From NCBI GenBank assembly GCA_964504205.1, contig CAZDDE010000002.1:11505-75504 (forward strand): DNA of 64,000 nucleotides, written 5' to 3'. The translations under genes and the position numbers were made by a program. The DNA comes from an uncultured Candidatus Saccharibacteria bacterium. Its GTDB lineage: Bacteria; Patescibacteriota; Minisyncoccia; Spechtbacterales; HO2-43-30. How positions within the stretch are numbered: position 1 is the first letter of the stretch; every line of letters starts with the position of its first letter. Positions 17,628 through 26,783 of the stretch are shown here, in pieces. Below the pieces are notes generated by a model. The model was not told where the DNA came from. It made no database searches and saw only the letters and a list, made by a program, of their open reading frames with translations.

Positions 17628-19016
17628 ACTCTCAATAATAATGGATTTAAGGAAAATATCTCTGGCCTCAATTTGTCTGTTCCTATAGAGATCTTTACTC
17701 TGCCGCAATTTTTCGAGGTGATCAATCAGCTCCTCTTTGCTATTCACGATATGCGGAAAATATGGCGCCGAGAAATGTTTCGGCACAATTTCAGACATTA
17801 CTTCTTTGCAGGTTATGATGGGAATGCCAAGCGACAGCATTTGCAGTGCCATGGTTGTGCTTGTGTTCATGAAGACTCCAATATCCATTTCCTGGAGCTG
17901 TTCAATGCGCCAGCGCTTCTTCACATGAATGAGATTACTGTACTTTTGGCACATCTTATCATAATCAGAATGCCAATCTAAGAGTTTATGCGATTTTATG
18001 CAGATAGTCATTTTTTTTTCGAGAGCGAATTGGCAAATTGACTCTATGTAATTAACAAGTTTATCTGGTTCTCCGAACGGCACTTCAAGATTTTCTTCCA
18101 TGGCAGTAACAATGACTATGTGCGACATCCGGCGTCCCGCATATTGCAAGGGAGGTTGGACTGCCCATTGCGGAGCGCGATATATAAGTTTTGGTCTTTT
18201 TACGCAAAATTCATCGGTATATTTTTGTTGATAAGTTGTCCAGATGTAGTATTCTTCCGGTTCAAAATAGCGGTTTTTATTTACGACAAGAGGGGAGCCG
18301 TGCGGGTAAGCAATTTGCGCTAAGCCATAAAAACGACTCCATAAGATAAGAGAGTTGCCGATGACATTATCCAGATCCGAGGACATTACTCTGCCGATAC
18401 TAGGATTTGCCGCAACCCTTTGCACCATGGCGCGAATGCGGGCAGAGGCAAAAGCATAGTAGATAAAATATCTCAGAAAAGAGGTAATTGAACATTGTAG
18501 TGCGCAGATATTTTTAAGAATGTTGTAAATTGAGAACAATGTTGTAAAATTTTGCAGGAATAAGGGAAAGGATTTAATATCATGCGCGCGAGATTTTTTG
18601 ACGACTATAGTAATCCTTCTTTCGCGATCTAAATCAGCAAGATCAAAAATTTTTTCAAGGTCTATGCCGGATCCCAGCACCGCGATTCCTTGTGCGTTTT
18701 TTTGAGGAGAAGCATTGGAGCGAAAATAATCGCGGTCTATATTCCAAAAGTTAACCCCGCCGCCAAAGGCGGTGGGGTTCATGGACAGAATGGCATTTCG
18801 GCCAAAGCTCCATTCATTAAAATTTCTGGGAATTAATCTGCTTTCGGATTTTAGCGCGCTTGCGCCCCCCGCTCCTTTCCATATCAGCGCAAACAAAAAA
18901 AATACAAAATCGCGCTTGATGGTGCCAAGAAAATAGCGGGCCTCTTTGCCTTTTAGCCGCAAGAAAATTGCGCCATACAACGAGAGGGCAGATTCGTAGG
19001 ACTCAAGTTTGGTCAT
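17607..19016 (-). CDS. Hypothetical polymer transferase (TagF/CDP-glycerol glycerophosphotransferase-like or capsule-synthesis-like), weak similarity
   Basis: C-terminal region ICIKSHKLL…MDIGVFMNTSTTMALQMLSLGIPIIT loosely resembles the TagF HP…TDYSS core. Confidence 0.3.
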   Translation of the reverse strand: MTKLESYESALSLYGAIFLRLKGKEARYFLGTIKRDFVFFLFALIWKGAGGASALKSESRLIPRNFNEWSFGRNAILSMNPTAFGGGVNFWNIDRDYFRSNASPQKNAQGIAVLGSGIDLEKIFDLADLDRERRITIVVKKSRAHDIKSFPLFLQNFTTLFSIYNILKNICALQCSITSFLRYFIYYAFASARIRAMVQRVAANPSIGRVMSSDLDNVIGNSLILWSRFYGLAQIAYPHGSPLVVNKNRYFEPEEYYIWTTYQQKYTDEFCVKRPKLIYRAPQWAVQPPLQYAGRRMSHIVIVTAMEENLEVPFGEPDKLVNYIESICQFALEKKMTICIKSHKLLDWHSDYDKMCQKYSNLIHVKKRWRIEQLQEMDIGVFMNTSTTMALQMLSLGIPIITCKEVMSEIVPKHFSAPYFPHIVNSKEELIDHLEKLRQSKDLYRNRQIEARDIFLKSIIIESSSHSGT

Positions 19017-19642
19017 ACAAATTTTTCAAGTTCAGTTAAGTCGCGGATTTTTGCCTTTATTTCCATATCCTTGAATGGATCGACGTCAGTTATTCGGCCG
19101 ATAAAACCGATGCGCGCCTCTTTTGCTCCTTGGTAATCATCAATAGAGTCGCCAATCATAATTACTTCATCCGGAGAAAAATTGTATTTCCCCAGTATTT
19201 TTTTGCACATTTCGCCCTTTGAAGCGGGCGAGCCGAATACTTCAACGAAGTATTGATCAATCCCTTTATCTTTTGCAACGCTGCGCATTTCTTCCTCGGG
19301 AGTGCCCGAGGCGATAAACAAAGAAAATTCGCTGTGATATTTTTGCAGAAATTCTTTAGCGCCTTGAACAAAGGGGCATTTTACGATGCGCTCATAAACA
19401 TACCCGGCAAATTTATTGCTTAGTTCTTCGCCGATTTTTTCATTATAGGGTTGATGCAGGATTTCCTGATATACAATTCTGAATTTTTCAAAACGCGGCA
19501 TACTGCCGTGGGCTTTATGCAGATTTCTAATATCTTGGGCGAACTTTGGGTAATCGCCAAACACAAAAACAAAGGCATCGCCCTTGATATCCATTGATTC
19601 TGAAATCACTCCGTCAAAATCAAAAATTATTGCCTTAAGCAT
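19013..19642 (-). CDS. HAD-superfamily phosphatase (beta-phosphoglucomutase-like subfamily)
   Basis: AIIFDFDGV motif I and IGDSIDDYQGA motif IV. Likely start at MLKAIIFDFDG; the longer track ORF overlaps the upstream gene. Confidence 0.7.
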   Translation of the reverse strand: MLKAIIFDFDGVISESMDIKGDAFVFVFGDYPKFAQDIRNLHKAHGSMPRFEKFRIVYQEILHQPYNEKIGEELSNKFAGYVYERIVKCPFVQGAKEFLQKYHSEFSLFIASGTPEEEMRSVAKDKGIDQYFVEVFGSPASKGEMCKKILGKYNFSPDEVIMIGDSIDDYQGAKEARIGFIGRITDVDPFKDMEIKAKIRDLTELEKFV

Positions 19643-20597
19643 TGGATTGCAGTTTGTGTTTAAAAACACAATTAAAAGTGCCGCCTCTCTTATCTTTAGA
19701 TATGAGCGCAAAATTTTTTCGTTCAAAAAAGTCATAAACATCCTTGCTTTGGGGCAATGATTCATCTATTTCTATCAAAACTGATTGAAGGCGCGGGTAA
19801 GAAAAGGTCGCTTCTCCTCCGACAAGAACATCTAATTCATATCCATCCACATCAAGCTTGATGTGGTTTGGCTGCGGTAAATTAAAAGTTTTTACAAAGT
19901 CATCAAGCTTATAACATAAGATTTTTTGGGAAAACTCCTCGCCATGAACCGTTGGCCCACAAAGCACATCGGGCTTTTCTTGTCCAAATTTATGAGCGGC
20001 GCCGCCGGGGGTAATATCCGAGTAATTTAGGGGAGCGAGTTCGGTAATACGGCCAAGCGCAACCTGGAAAGGAACGATGCTTTTTGAAGCATCGTTTAAA
20101 AAGATATTCTTGCACAAAGCCGCAAATGTGGAAAAACTCGGTTCGAAAGCATACACTTTACATGCCGCGCTAGTATGCGCCCAGGCCACAAAGGAGTAAG
20201 CGCCAACATTAGCGCCGATGTCATAAAAAACGTCTCCCGGCTTTACTGTACTTTCAATCCAGGCAACAGTTTCTGGTTCTTTCTTTAGAGCGCGAAGGTT
20301 TCTGATCTGTCGATATGAGCCGACATCCATCGCTATGCGGCCACCGGAGCAATCCAGATTACCGATGACATTGATCGTTTCTTTGAACGCAATTTTCAGC
20401 GCATTAGAAAGAAGAGATACGCCGCCATTGTTGAGGCCGATTGTTTTACCAGCATGCCTTAAAAGAAAAAAGTTGTCATAAACTCGTTTTAAAAAATCCT
20501 GCCAAACTTTAGGTAATAAACGAATTAAGAATCTAAAAAATTTAGAAGGCATGACATTAAAGATATTTGGCAATATTTGTAAGGACAATAGAATCAA
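19635..20597 (-). CDS. FkbM-family SAM-dependent methyltransferase
   Basis: FYDIGANVGAYSF…AFEPS pattern typical of the FkbM family. Confidence 0.7.
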   Translation of the reverse strand: MILLSLQILPNIFNVMPSKFFRFLIRLLPKVWQDFLKRVYDNFFLLRHAGKTIGLNNGGVSLLSNALKIAFKETINVIGNLDCSGGRIAMDVGSYRQIRNLRALKKEPETVAWIESTVKPGDVFYDIGANVGAYSFVAWAHTSAACKVYAFEPSFSTFAALCKNIFLNDASKSIVPFQVALGRITELAPLNYSDITPGGAAHKFGQEKPDVLCGPTVHGEEFSQKILCYKLDDFVKTFNLPQPNHIKLDVDGYELDVLVGGEATFSYPRLQSVLIEIDESLPQSKDVYDFFERKNFALISKDKRGGTFNCVFKHKLQSNA

Positions 20598-21798
20598 GAC
20601 GTTCTTGGGAAAATAATTTTTGGCAATGCTCTTTTGCCCCAGTTGCGATGCGCGTGCGCAGTTTTTGATCTTTAAGGCGTACTAGTTGCCGCGCAAAATC
20701 CTCTGCGCTTTCAGCAAATAATAAATGTTTTTCATTTTCAAAAGGATAACCGGCAAGACCATTTTTGGAAGTAACTGTGGGAAATCCTCGTGCCAGCGGT
20801 TCAAAAATTTTTTGCTGCATCCCGCGCGGTCTTCCCTTCTGGAGATAAGGCGCAAGCGCAATATCCATTTCCGCAAGGGCAGAGTCTAAATCATCGACGT
20901 AGCCGCGGTAAATAACATTTTTTGCAAGGAACGGCTTATATTCATGAGGAAATTTTTCGCCAAAAATGTGGAATTGAAAAGATTCGGAATCCAAACTCTG
21001 GACTCGCGGAATAGCATCTTCCAGAACAAAACGAAGCGCTTTCTTGTTGCGGCGCACCTTATACGTGGATCCCATAAAAAAGACATTTAGCGCGCGTTTT
21101 TCGCCGCTCGTTTTTATTGGCGATGTTTGCTGAAGGAAATACGGCAACCCGCGCAGGGGAAGCGCCGCGATATTTTTTGCGCCGATTCTTTTATACAACT
21201 GAACTTCCCTTTCTGTGATAGGAAAAATGACATCGCTTCCCCGAACAGTCTGAATTTCACTTAAGAGTCGCGCAAAAATCCGAAGATAGTCCCACGGTTT
21301 TGTTTCATGATCTTCCAAGAAATCCACAGGTTCAAAATTGTGTGAACGTGTGGCAATAGGCACGTTATAGCGTTTGACAATTTTGTATAACGGCCATGTA
21401 TACGAACGTTCAAACCATACAATATCAGGCCTCCAGTGCTCCATTTGTGTATGAAGCGCCTTTTTTATTTCAGGGTTGTCAAACTCGCTTGCCGCGCCGT
21501 CGATCAGCAGAGGATTTTTGAGTAGGCGAAGCGCAAGATGGGTCATGCGCTTTGCAAATGACCTCGATGTTCCTGTACGATCAACGAGCGGCACTATTTC
21601 AATTCCAAGTTCGTCTGATCTCTTAAGTAATTCTTTCAGCTGCTCGTTCTTTGCAATTTGTGTAATCAGTTTAACCTTAAAACCTAGGCGTAAAAACTGC
21701 AAAATTCCATGCGCGCGATCTGAAGCACTTGCGCCGTTGATTGGGAATGGGAATGGGGTGCTCACAGTAAGAATTCTTGCCATATGTTGCAAACTCAT
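20557..21798 (-). CDS. Glycosyltransferase family 1/4 (GT-B fold)
   Basis: C-terminal half has the GT4-like donor-binding region (…FMGSTYKV…, E-x7-E-like …LFAESAEDFARQL). Confidence 0.55.
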   Translation of the reverse strand: MSLQHMARILTVSTPFPFPINGASASDRAHGILQFLRLGFKVKLITQIAKNEQLKELLKRSDELGIEIVPLVDRTGTSRSFAKRMTHLALRLLKNPLLIDGAASEFDNPEIKKALHTQMEHWRPDIVWFERSYTWPLYKIVKRYNVPIATRSHNFEPVDFLEDHETKPWDYLRIFARLLSEIQTVRGSDVIFPITEREVQLYKRIGAKNIAALPLRGLPYFLQQTSPIKTSGEKRALNVFFMGSTYKVRRNKKALRFVLEDAIPRVQSLDSESFQFHIFGEKFPHEYKPFLAKNVIYRGYVDDLDSALAEMDIALAPYLQKGRPRGMQQKIFEPLARGFPTVTSKNGLAGYPFENEKHLLFAESAEDFARQLVRLKDQKLRTRIATGAKEHCQKLFSQERLDSIVLTNIAKYL

Positions 21799-23063
21799 TT
21801 CATGAGTACACGCGCTTCTTTTTTTCCGATAACTCTAAAGCGCGGCAGGGGAACGATAAATTTCCCCCCGGAGTTAAGGTATTTCTTTTCTCTCTGAACA
21901 AACTCCTTCAAAAAGTGCCAGGGCAGAACTAAAAAGTAATCCGGTTTCTCTTGGCGGGCCTGCTCTTCAGAAATTATGGGAATGAGAGTTGAAACCGTTT
22001 TCTTTCCCCACTTGGATGGATTGCGATCTGCCGCCGCTTTTACCAACCGGGAGTCCAGCTTGCAAAATTGCAATAGTGTATTTCCTTTCGTTGAAGCTCC
22101 ATATACGTAAACCTTCTTGCCCTTGCGCACCTTACTTGCGACAAAGCTGTAGAGTTTCTCTCTTAAAGCAAACACTCGCGCGGTAAAATCATCATATATT
22201 TTTTTCCGATGCAGGTTTAGCTTTTTCTCGGAATCACGCAATTCCTGAACGCGCCTCGCTATCTTGCGCGAATCGCCTTGATGGTGAATATACACCCTAA
22301 AACTTCCTCCGTTTGTATCGTTTAACACAACATCGAATACTTCCAGGCCATGTCTTTTTAATATCGTCTCAAGTGAACTTAGAGAATAATAGCAAAGGTG
22401 CTCATGGCACGTGTTGTCATACGCGTTTTGGGAAAGCATTGAAGACAAGTAGCTCATCTGAATAACGAATATGCCGTTTGGATCTAAAACTTTGACAATA
22501 TCTGCGACAAAAGCATCTGGATTATCTAAGTCGTAAAACATGGCGATCGCAGTAATTATTTTCGCTTTTGCGTCGCCAAAGCGTTTTCTCCAGTCGTTGG
22601 AGTTGAAAAAATTGTTTATAATTGTCAGGCCTTGGCCTTGGGCATCGGCAACTAAGTTGTACGACGGTTCAAAGCCGACAAGTTTCACATCTTTCACTGG
22701 ATAAGAACGCAACAAAGTGCTGTCGTTGCTTCCAATGTCAATTACAAAATCTCCTGGTTTTAACGCACATTTGCTTACTGCTCTTCGCGCGATGTCCGCA
22801 AGTTCCTTTCTCATCGTATTATTAACTCCGGAGCTATACCAATATTGCCGGTATAATTTTTCAGAGGAAACAGTATGTCGTAACTGGAGTAAACTGCAAT
22901 TTCGGCACAGAATAAGTTTGAGCGGCACTTTTCCGATAGAGAGCTGATCTTTCTCAAGAAAAGTTGAAATATGCAACTCTCCTAAAGATAGAATAAGGTC
23001 GAGTTTCCTCGATCTGCATGAGCGGCAAGCAGTTGTGATTTTCACACCGTTTGCGGTTGCCAT
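21795..23063 (-). CDS. NDP-hexose C-methyltransferase (TylCIII/Methyltransf_13-14 family) with N-terminal zinc ribbon
   Basis: N-terminal CRSCRS…CRNC ribbon, class I MTase core DIGSNDSTLL, C-terminal C-methyltransferase domain. Confidence 0.6.
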   Translation of the reverse strand: MATANGVKITTACRSCRSRKLDLILSLGELHISTFLEKDQLSIGKVPLKLILCRNCSLLQLRHTVSSEKLYRQYWYSSGVNNTMRKELADIARRAVSKCALKPGDFVIDIGSNDSTLLRSYPVKDVKLVGFEPSYNLVADAQGQGLTIINNFFNSNDWRKRFGDAKAKIITAIAMFYDLDNPDAFVADIVKVLDPNGIFVIQMSYLSSMLSQNAYDNTCHEHLCYYSLSSLETILKRHGLEVFDVVLNDTNGGSFRVYIHHQGDSRKIARRVQELRDSEKKLNLHRKKIYDDFTARVFALREKLYSFVASKVRKGKKVYVYGASTKGNTLLQFCKLDSRLVKAAADRNPSKWGKKTVSTLIPIISEEQARQEKPDYFLVLPWHFLKEFVQREKKYLNSGGKFIVPLPRFRVIGKKEARVLMK

Positions 23064-23098
23064 AACTTTTTTGTAATTATGTTAATGCATCTATGATA

Positions 23099-24073
23099 TT
23101 ATCTTGCGCTTAGCCGCGCAAGATCTGCATCTGCCATCATTGTCACTAATTCCTTAAATTTTACTTTTGGCTTCCACCCCAAAATTTTCCGTGCTTTAGA
23201 CGCGTTGCCGCACAACGAGCGAGAATCAATAACACGGAAAAATTTTTTGTCGGTTCTGACATATTTGGTAAAATCTAGTCCGAGATGTTTAAAAACTTCT
23301 TCTGCAAATTCTCTCACCGAATGCGTCTCGCCGCTGGCAATAATATAATCACTTGGAGTATTTTGCTGAAGCATGAGCCACATTGCTTCCACATAATCTC
23401 CGGCGTATCCCCAATCGCGCCTGGCATCGAGATTCCCCAGGATTAGTTTTTTTGCGAGGCCCAGTTTAATCTGCGCCGCGCCATATGTTATCTTGCGCGT
23501 TACGAATTCACTTCCTCTGCGCGGACTTTCATGACTAAACGCAATTCCTCCGCAAGCAAAAAGACCGTAACAATCGCGATACATCTTTGTCAGATAAAAA
23601 CCGGTGGTTTTTGAAATTCCATAAGGAGACACGGGATTAAACTCGGTTCCTTCATCCTGCGGGGATCGCACCGCAGATCCGAACATTTCACTCGATCCCG
23701 CAAAATAAAATTTGCAGTCCTTTTTGAATTCACGCAACGCCGAAAGCAAGTAATGCGTGCCGCTAATATTCGTCGTGAATGTGGAAAATTCATCCGCGAA
23801 CGAGCTGTCTACAAAACTTTGCGCGGCTAGATGATAGCACTCATCTGGTTTAATTTTTGCAATTAATTTCGCTAGGGTCGAAAACTCGTTAATGTCACCG
23901 TCGCATAGAATAACTTTGTCAAGGATCGGACTGATGCGGGAGAATCTGTTTTCAAGATTTTCAATGGCGTGCCTTCTTACAAGGCCATATACCTTATAGT
24001 TTTTGGATATTAAAAATTCTGCCAAGTAAGATCCGTCCTGACCGGTGATGCCGGTTATAAGCGCTTTTTTCAT
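23099..24073 (-). CDS. GDP-mannose 4,6-dehydratase-family SDR (Gmd/Rmd-like paralog)
   Basis: [17 protein letters not shown]-terminus and FYFAGSSEMFG catalytic region. Confidence 0.75.
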   Translation of the reverse strand: MKKALITGITGQDGSYLAEFLISKNYKVYGLVRRHAIENLENRFSRISPILDKVILCDGDINEFSTLAKLIAKIKPDECYHLAAQSFVDSSFADEFSTFTTNISGTHYLLSALREFKKDCKFYFAGSSEMFGSAVRSPQDEGTEFNPVSPYGISKTTGFYLTKMYRDCYGLFACGGIAFSHESPRRGSEFVTRKITYGAAQIKLGLAKKLILGNLDARRDWGYAGDYVEAMWLMLQQNTPSDYIIASGETHSVREFAEEVFKHLGLDFTKYVRTDKKFFRVIDSRSLCGNASKARKILGWKPKVKFKELVTMMADADLARLSAR

Positions 24074-24092
24074 AAATGCGTAGTTTTACTTT

Positions 24093-25004
24093 TCATAATT
24101 TTAATTTTAAGTTCAGTAATAAATTTTCCGCGGCCTGTTTCTCCATTAAAATGCGCGCCTCTTTGGCATAAGAGCCGATATGGGGGGTTAAGATGATGTT
24201 TTCAAGTTGTGTCAACTTTCCGGTATAGGGCTCTTCTGAAGGAGTATCAATTGCCGCGTTGGCAAGTCTCTTGGTACTTAGCGCGTCGTATAAGGCGTCT
24301 TCATCAACTAATCCGGCGCGCGAGGCATTGATTAAAATGGCGCCTTGCTTCATAAGGGCGATTGATGAACGGTTCATAATACATCCGGCATCACCGGGAA
24401 CATGAAGGGTGATAATATCTGAACTAGCTATGACGTTTTCTAAGCTTGTTATTCTTACCCCCAAACTATCTTGGGGAGGGGCGATATCATAGGCGATAAC
24501 TATAGCGCCAAATGCTTTAAGAATCCGGTACACTTCTTTGCCAATTCTGCCAAATCCAATAATGCCGACAGTCTTCCCCTCAAGGAGCCAGCCCATGGAT
24601 TTTTCCCATTTGCCTGCTCGTATGGATCTATCGCTTTGCGATACGCCTCTTAGGCAGTCCAGGATCAAGCCAATAGTTAGTTCGGCCACTGCTCTTGTTG
24701 GTCCCCATGGGGTATTATAAACTTTTATTCCAAGCTGTTCGGCCGCTTGCATATCCACATTATCAACTCCAGCGCCGCAACGCGAGATCACGCGCAGCCG
24801 CTTCAACTGCTCAAGGGTTTCGCGATTCAAAATTTCGGTTCCGGCAATTATGCCAATAGCATCGCTGGCATACTCAATCAATTCGCTTGAAGCAAGTTTG
24901 CGGTGCAGGGGATTTAATCGAGGCGTCAAATTAGCGCGCTTTAACGCATCAAGCGGGCTCGTATCAAATTCTCCAAAACTGGTTGTTGAGATAAAGATAT
25001 TCAT
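24093..25004 (-). CDS. D-isomer-specific 2-hydroxyacid dehydrogenase family (PGDH/GDH-like)
   Basis: GKTVGIIGFGRIGKEV NAD motif; the start is set at MNIFISTTSF, so the longer N-terminus in the ORF track is probably spurious. Confidence 0.8.
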   Translation of the reverse strand: MNIFISTTSFGEFDTSPLDALKRANLTPRLNPLHRKLASSELIEYASDAIGIIAGTEILNRETLEQLKRLRVISRCGAGVDNVDMQAAEQLGIKVYNTPWGPTRAVAELTIGLILDCLRGVSQSDRSIRAGKWEKSMGWLLEGKTVGIIGFGRIGKEVYRILKAFGAIVIAYDIAPPQDSLGVRITSLENVIASSDIITLHVPGDAGCIMNRSSIALMKQGAILINASRAGLVDEDALYDALSTKRLANAAIDTPSEEPYTGKLTQLENIILTPHIGSYAKEARILMEKQAAENLLLNLKLKL

Positions 25005-25005
25005 A

Positions 25006-25998
25006 TCATATTTTTTGCGCGACGATGCGCATATGTGAACTAAATCCGCATTCGGCAATCCACCGCTGCAGGCGCGCTTTCTCGCGGGCACTTGCTTTAT
25101 TCAGGATTGATTTCCAAAGACGTCCGATATCGACATTATCCTTCCGATACATTCCCTCAACGATATCTAAGTCTATCTTACCAGGAGTTGCCGATTCTAT
25201 AACTCTAAAACCGTTCGATTCAAGAAGTAATTTTATAGAGTGCGGATTAAAAAGATTCAAGTGATGCGGCGGGAAAATATTTTTTGACTTTTCCCATAAG
25301 ATTTGAATGTCAAACCCTTGGCCATTTGGCGCCGTGATAAAAAGGCAGCCACCCGTCTTGAGACGTTTATGCACCTCTCCGAGAAAGTACCGTGGATTCT
25401 GAAGGTGCTCCAGTAGTTCAAACATGCAGAGCAGGTCAAATTGATTATTCCATTTTTGCGGCATTTCCTCAAGTGATGTTTGAATGGTTTCCAGATTTTT
25501 TTGGCGGCATATTTCGGCCATTTCCATAGATGGATCTATGGCTATTAATTTGGCATTTGGCCAAAGTTTCCCGAGTTCCTTCAGGAATATCCCAAACCCT
25601 GCTCCGATATCTCCAATTGTCATTTTCTGATATTGGGGGAAAGTATCTTTAACATATTGAGCCCGCGGGGTAAAAATTTTTTTTCGCCGCGTTTCAGCTA
25701 CTGGCTTGAAAAATTCATTTACCCAAAATTTTGTAGAAGGGGAGTCAATATATATTTGATTTAGGTTTTTAAGGCTGGGACGCGGGTTGGCAAAGAGGGT
25801 TTCACATTCTGCGCATAAGACATACCAGAATCCCAATTTTTTGAACTGACGCTTATACTTTTTGCTATGACAGGCGATACAGGGAATTTCTGCAAAGCCC
25901 TGTTTGTGCTTTAAGATAAGCCGCTCAGCATCTTTTCTTGAGAGGCGTAGATATTCATCAAATGCTTCTTTTTTTCTTATTTCATTTTCTTTCATCAA
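25006..25998 (-). CDS. Class I SAM-dependent methyltransferase with N-terminal Cys4 zinc-ribbon
   Basis: CIACHS…CAEC ribbon; IGDIGAGFGIF motif I; LEHLQNP motif. Confidence 0.6.
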   Translation of the reverse strand: MMKENEIRKKEAFDEYLRLSRKDAERLILKHKQGFAEIPCIACHSKKYKRQFKKLGFWYVLCAECETLFANPRPSLKNLNQIYIDSPSTKFWVNEFFKPVAETRRKKIFTPRAQYVKDTFPQYQKMTIGDIGAGFGIFLKELGKLWPNAKLIAIDPSMEMAEICRQKNLETIQTSLEEMPQKWNNQFDLLCMFELLEHLQNPRYFLGEVHKRLKTGGCLFITAPNGQGFDIQILWEKSKNIFPPHHLNLFNPHSIKLLLESNGFRVIESATPGKIDLDIVEGMYRKDNVDIGRLWKSILNKASAREKARLQRWIAECGFSSHMRIVAQKI

Positions 25999-26783
25999 TT
26001 CAAGATGTATCTTTTTCTTAGAGCGTCATTGGCCATCAATTTTTCTACAAGGTCTAAATCTTCCGGTGTATCTACGCTATGGGTCTGAAACGGCGTTGGT
26101 GCCATTTTAACCTTATAGCCATGTTCCAAAACGCGCAGCATATCTATTGATTCGGCAATTTCAAGGGGAGTCGGCTTCAGGCGATTAAATTTAAGCAAAA
26201 AATCGCGCTTAAAGGGAATAATACAGACCTGTTTCCACATCGGGAAGTCAGTAGCGCCTTTTTTGCGCGTGGGGATTGCTTCGCGGGACATGTACACAGC
26301 AAAATTGTTTTTGTCCAGGACGACTTTGATGCAGTTGGGATCTTCATGTTCTTCACGCGTTGTAATTGGCGCGGTGAGGTTGCTTACTAAAATCGAGGAA
26401 TCTTTAAGTAATGGTTTGACCGAGGCATCTATCATTCTAGGATGCACCATTGGCTCATCCCCTTGAATCATGACTACTATACTTGGCTTTTGTTTTTCTG
26501 CGCGCTCAATCTTCAGCATTGCTTCGGCGCTTCTATCCGAGGCGCGCTGATGCGTATCTTTGGTCATGACGGCTTGGGCGCCAATTGAAGCCGCGTAGTC
26601 CATGATTTCTTGGTCGCATGTTGCGATATAGACTTCGTCAAGAGCCGCGGACATTTTACAGCGAAAATAGACATGTCCCACCATGGGGACGCCGTGAATT
26701 TTGGCGAGCGGCTTGCCGGGGAATCTAGTTGAAGCCATGCGGGCGGGGATGATGCCGATAATCTTAAGTTTATTTTTTTTCAT
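25995..26783 (-). CDS. KdsB-family cytidylyltransferase (CMP-2-keto-3-deoxy-acid-sugar synthetase-like)
   Basis: IIPARMASTRFPGKPL N-terminal motif is characteristic of CMP-Kdo synthetases. Confidence 0.75.
   Translation of the reverse strand: MKKNKLKIIGIIPARMASTRFPGKPLAKIHGVPMVGHVYFRCKMSAALDEVYIATCDQEIMDYAASIGAQAVMTKDTHQRASDRSAEAMLKIERAEKQKPSIVVMIQGDEPMVHPRMIDASVKPLLKDSSILVSNLTAPITTREEHEDPNCIKVVLDKNNFAVYMSREAIPTRKKGATDFPMWKQVCIIPFKRDFLLKFNRLKPTPLEIAESIDMLRVLEHGYKVKMAPTPFQTHSVDTPEDLDLVEKLMANDALRKRYILN

Noticed and set aside
23099-24073. Assigning the first GMD-like paralog specifically as GDP-6-deoxy-lyxo-4-hexulose reductase (Rmd)
   Set aside because: Gmd and Rmd cannot be discriminated by inspection. 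Only family-level assignment is supported.
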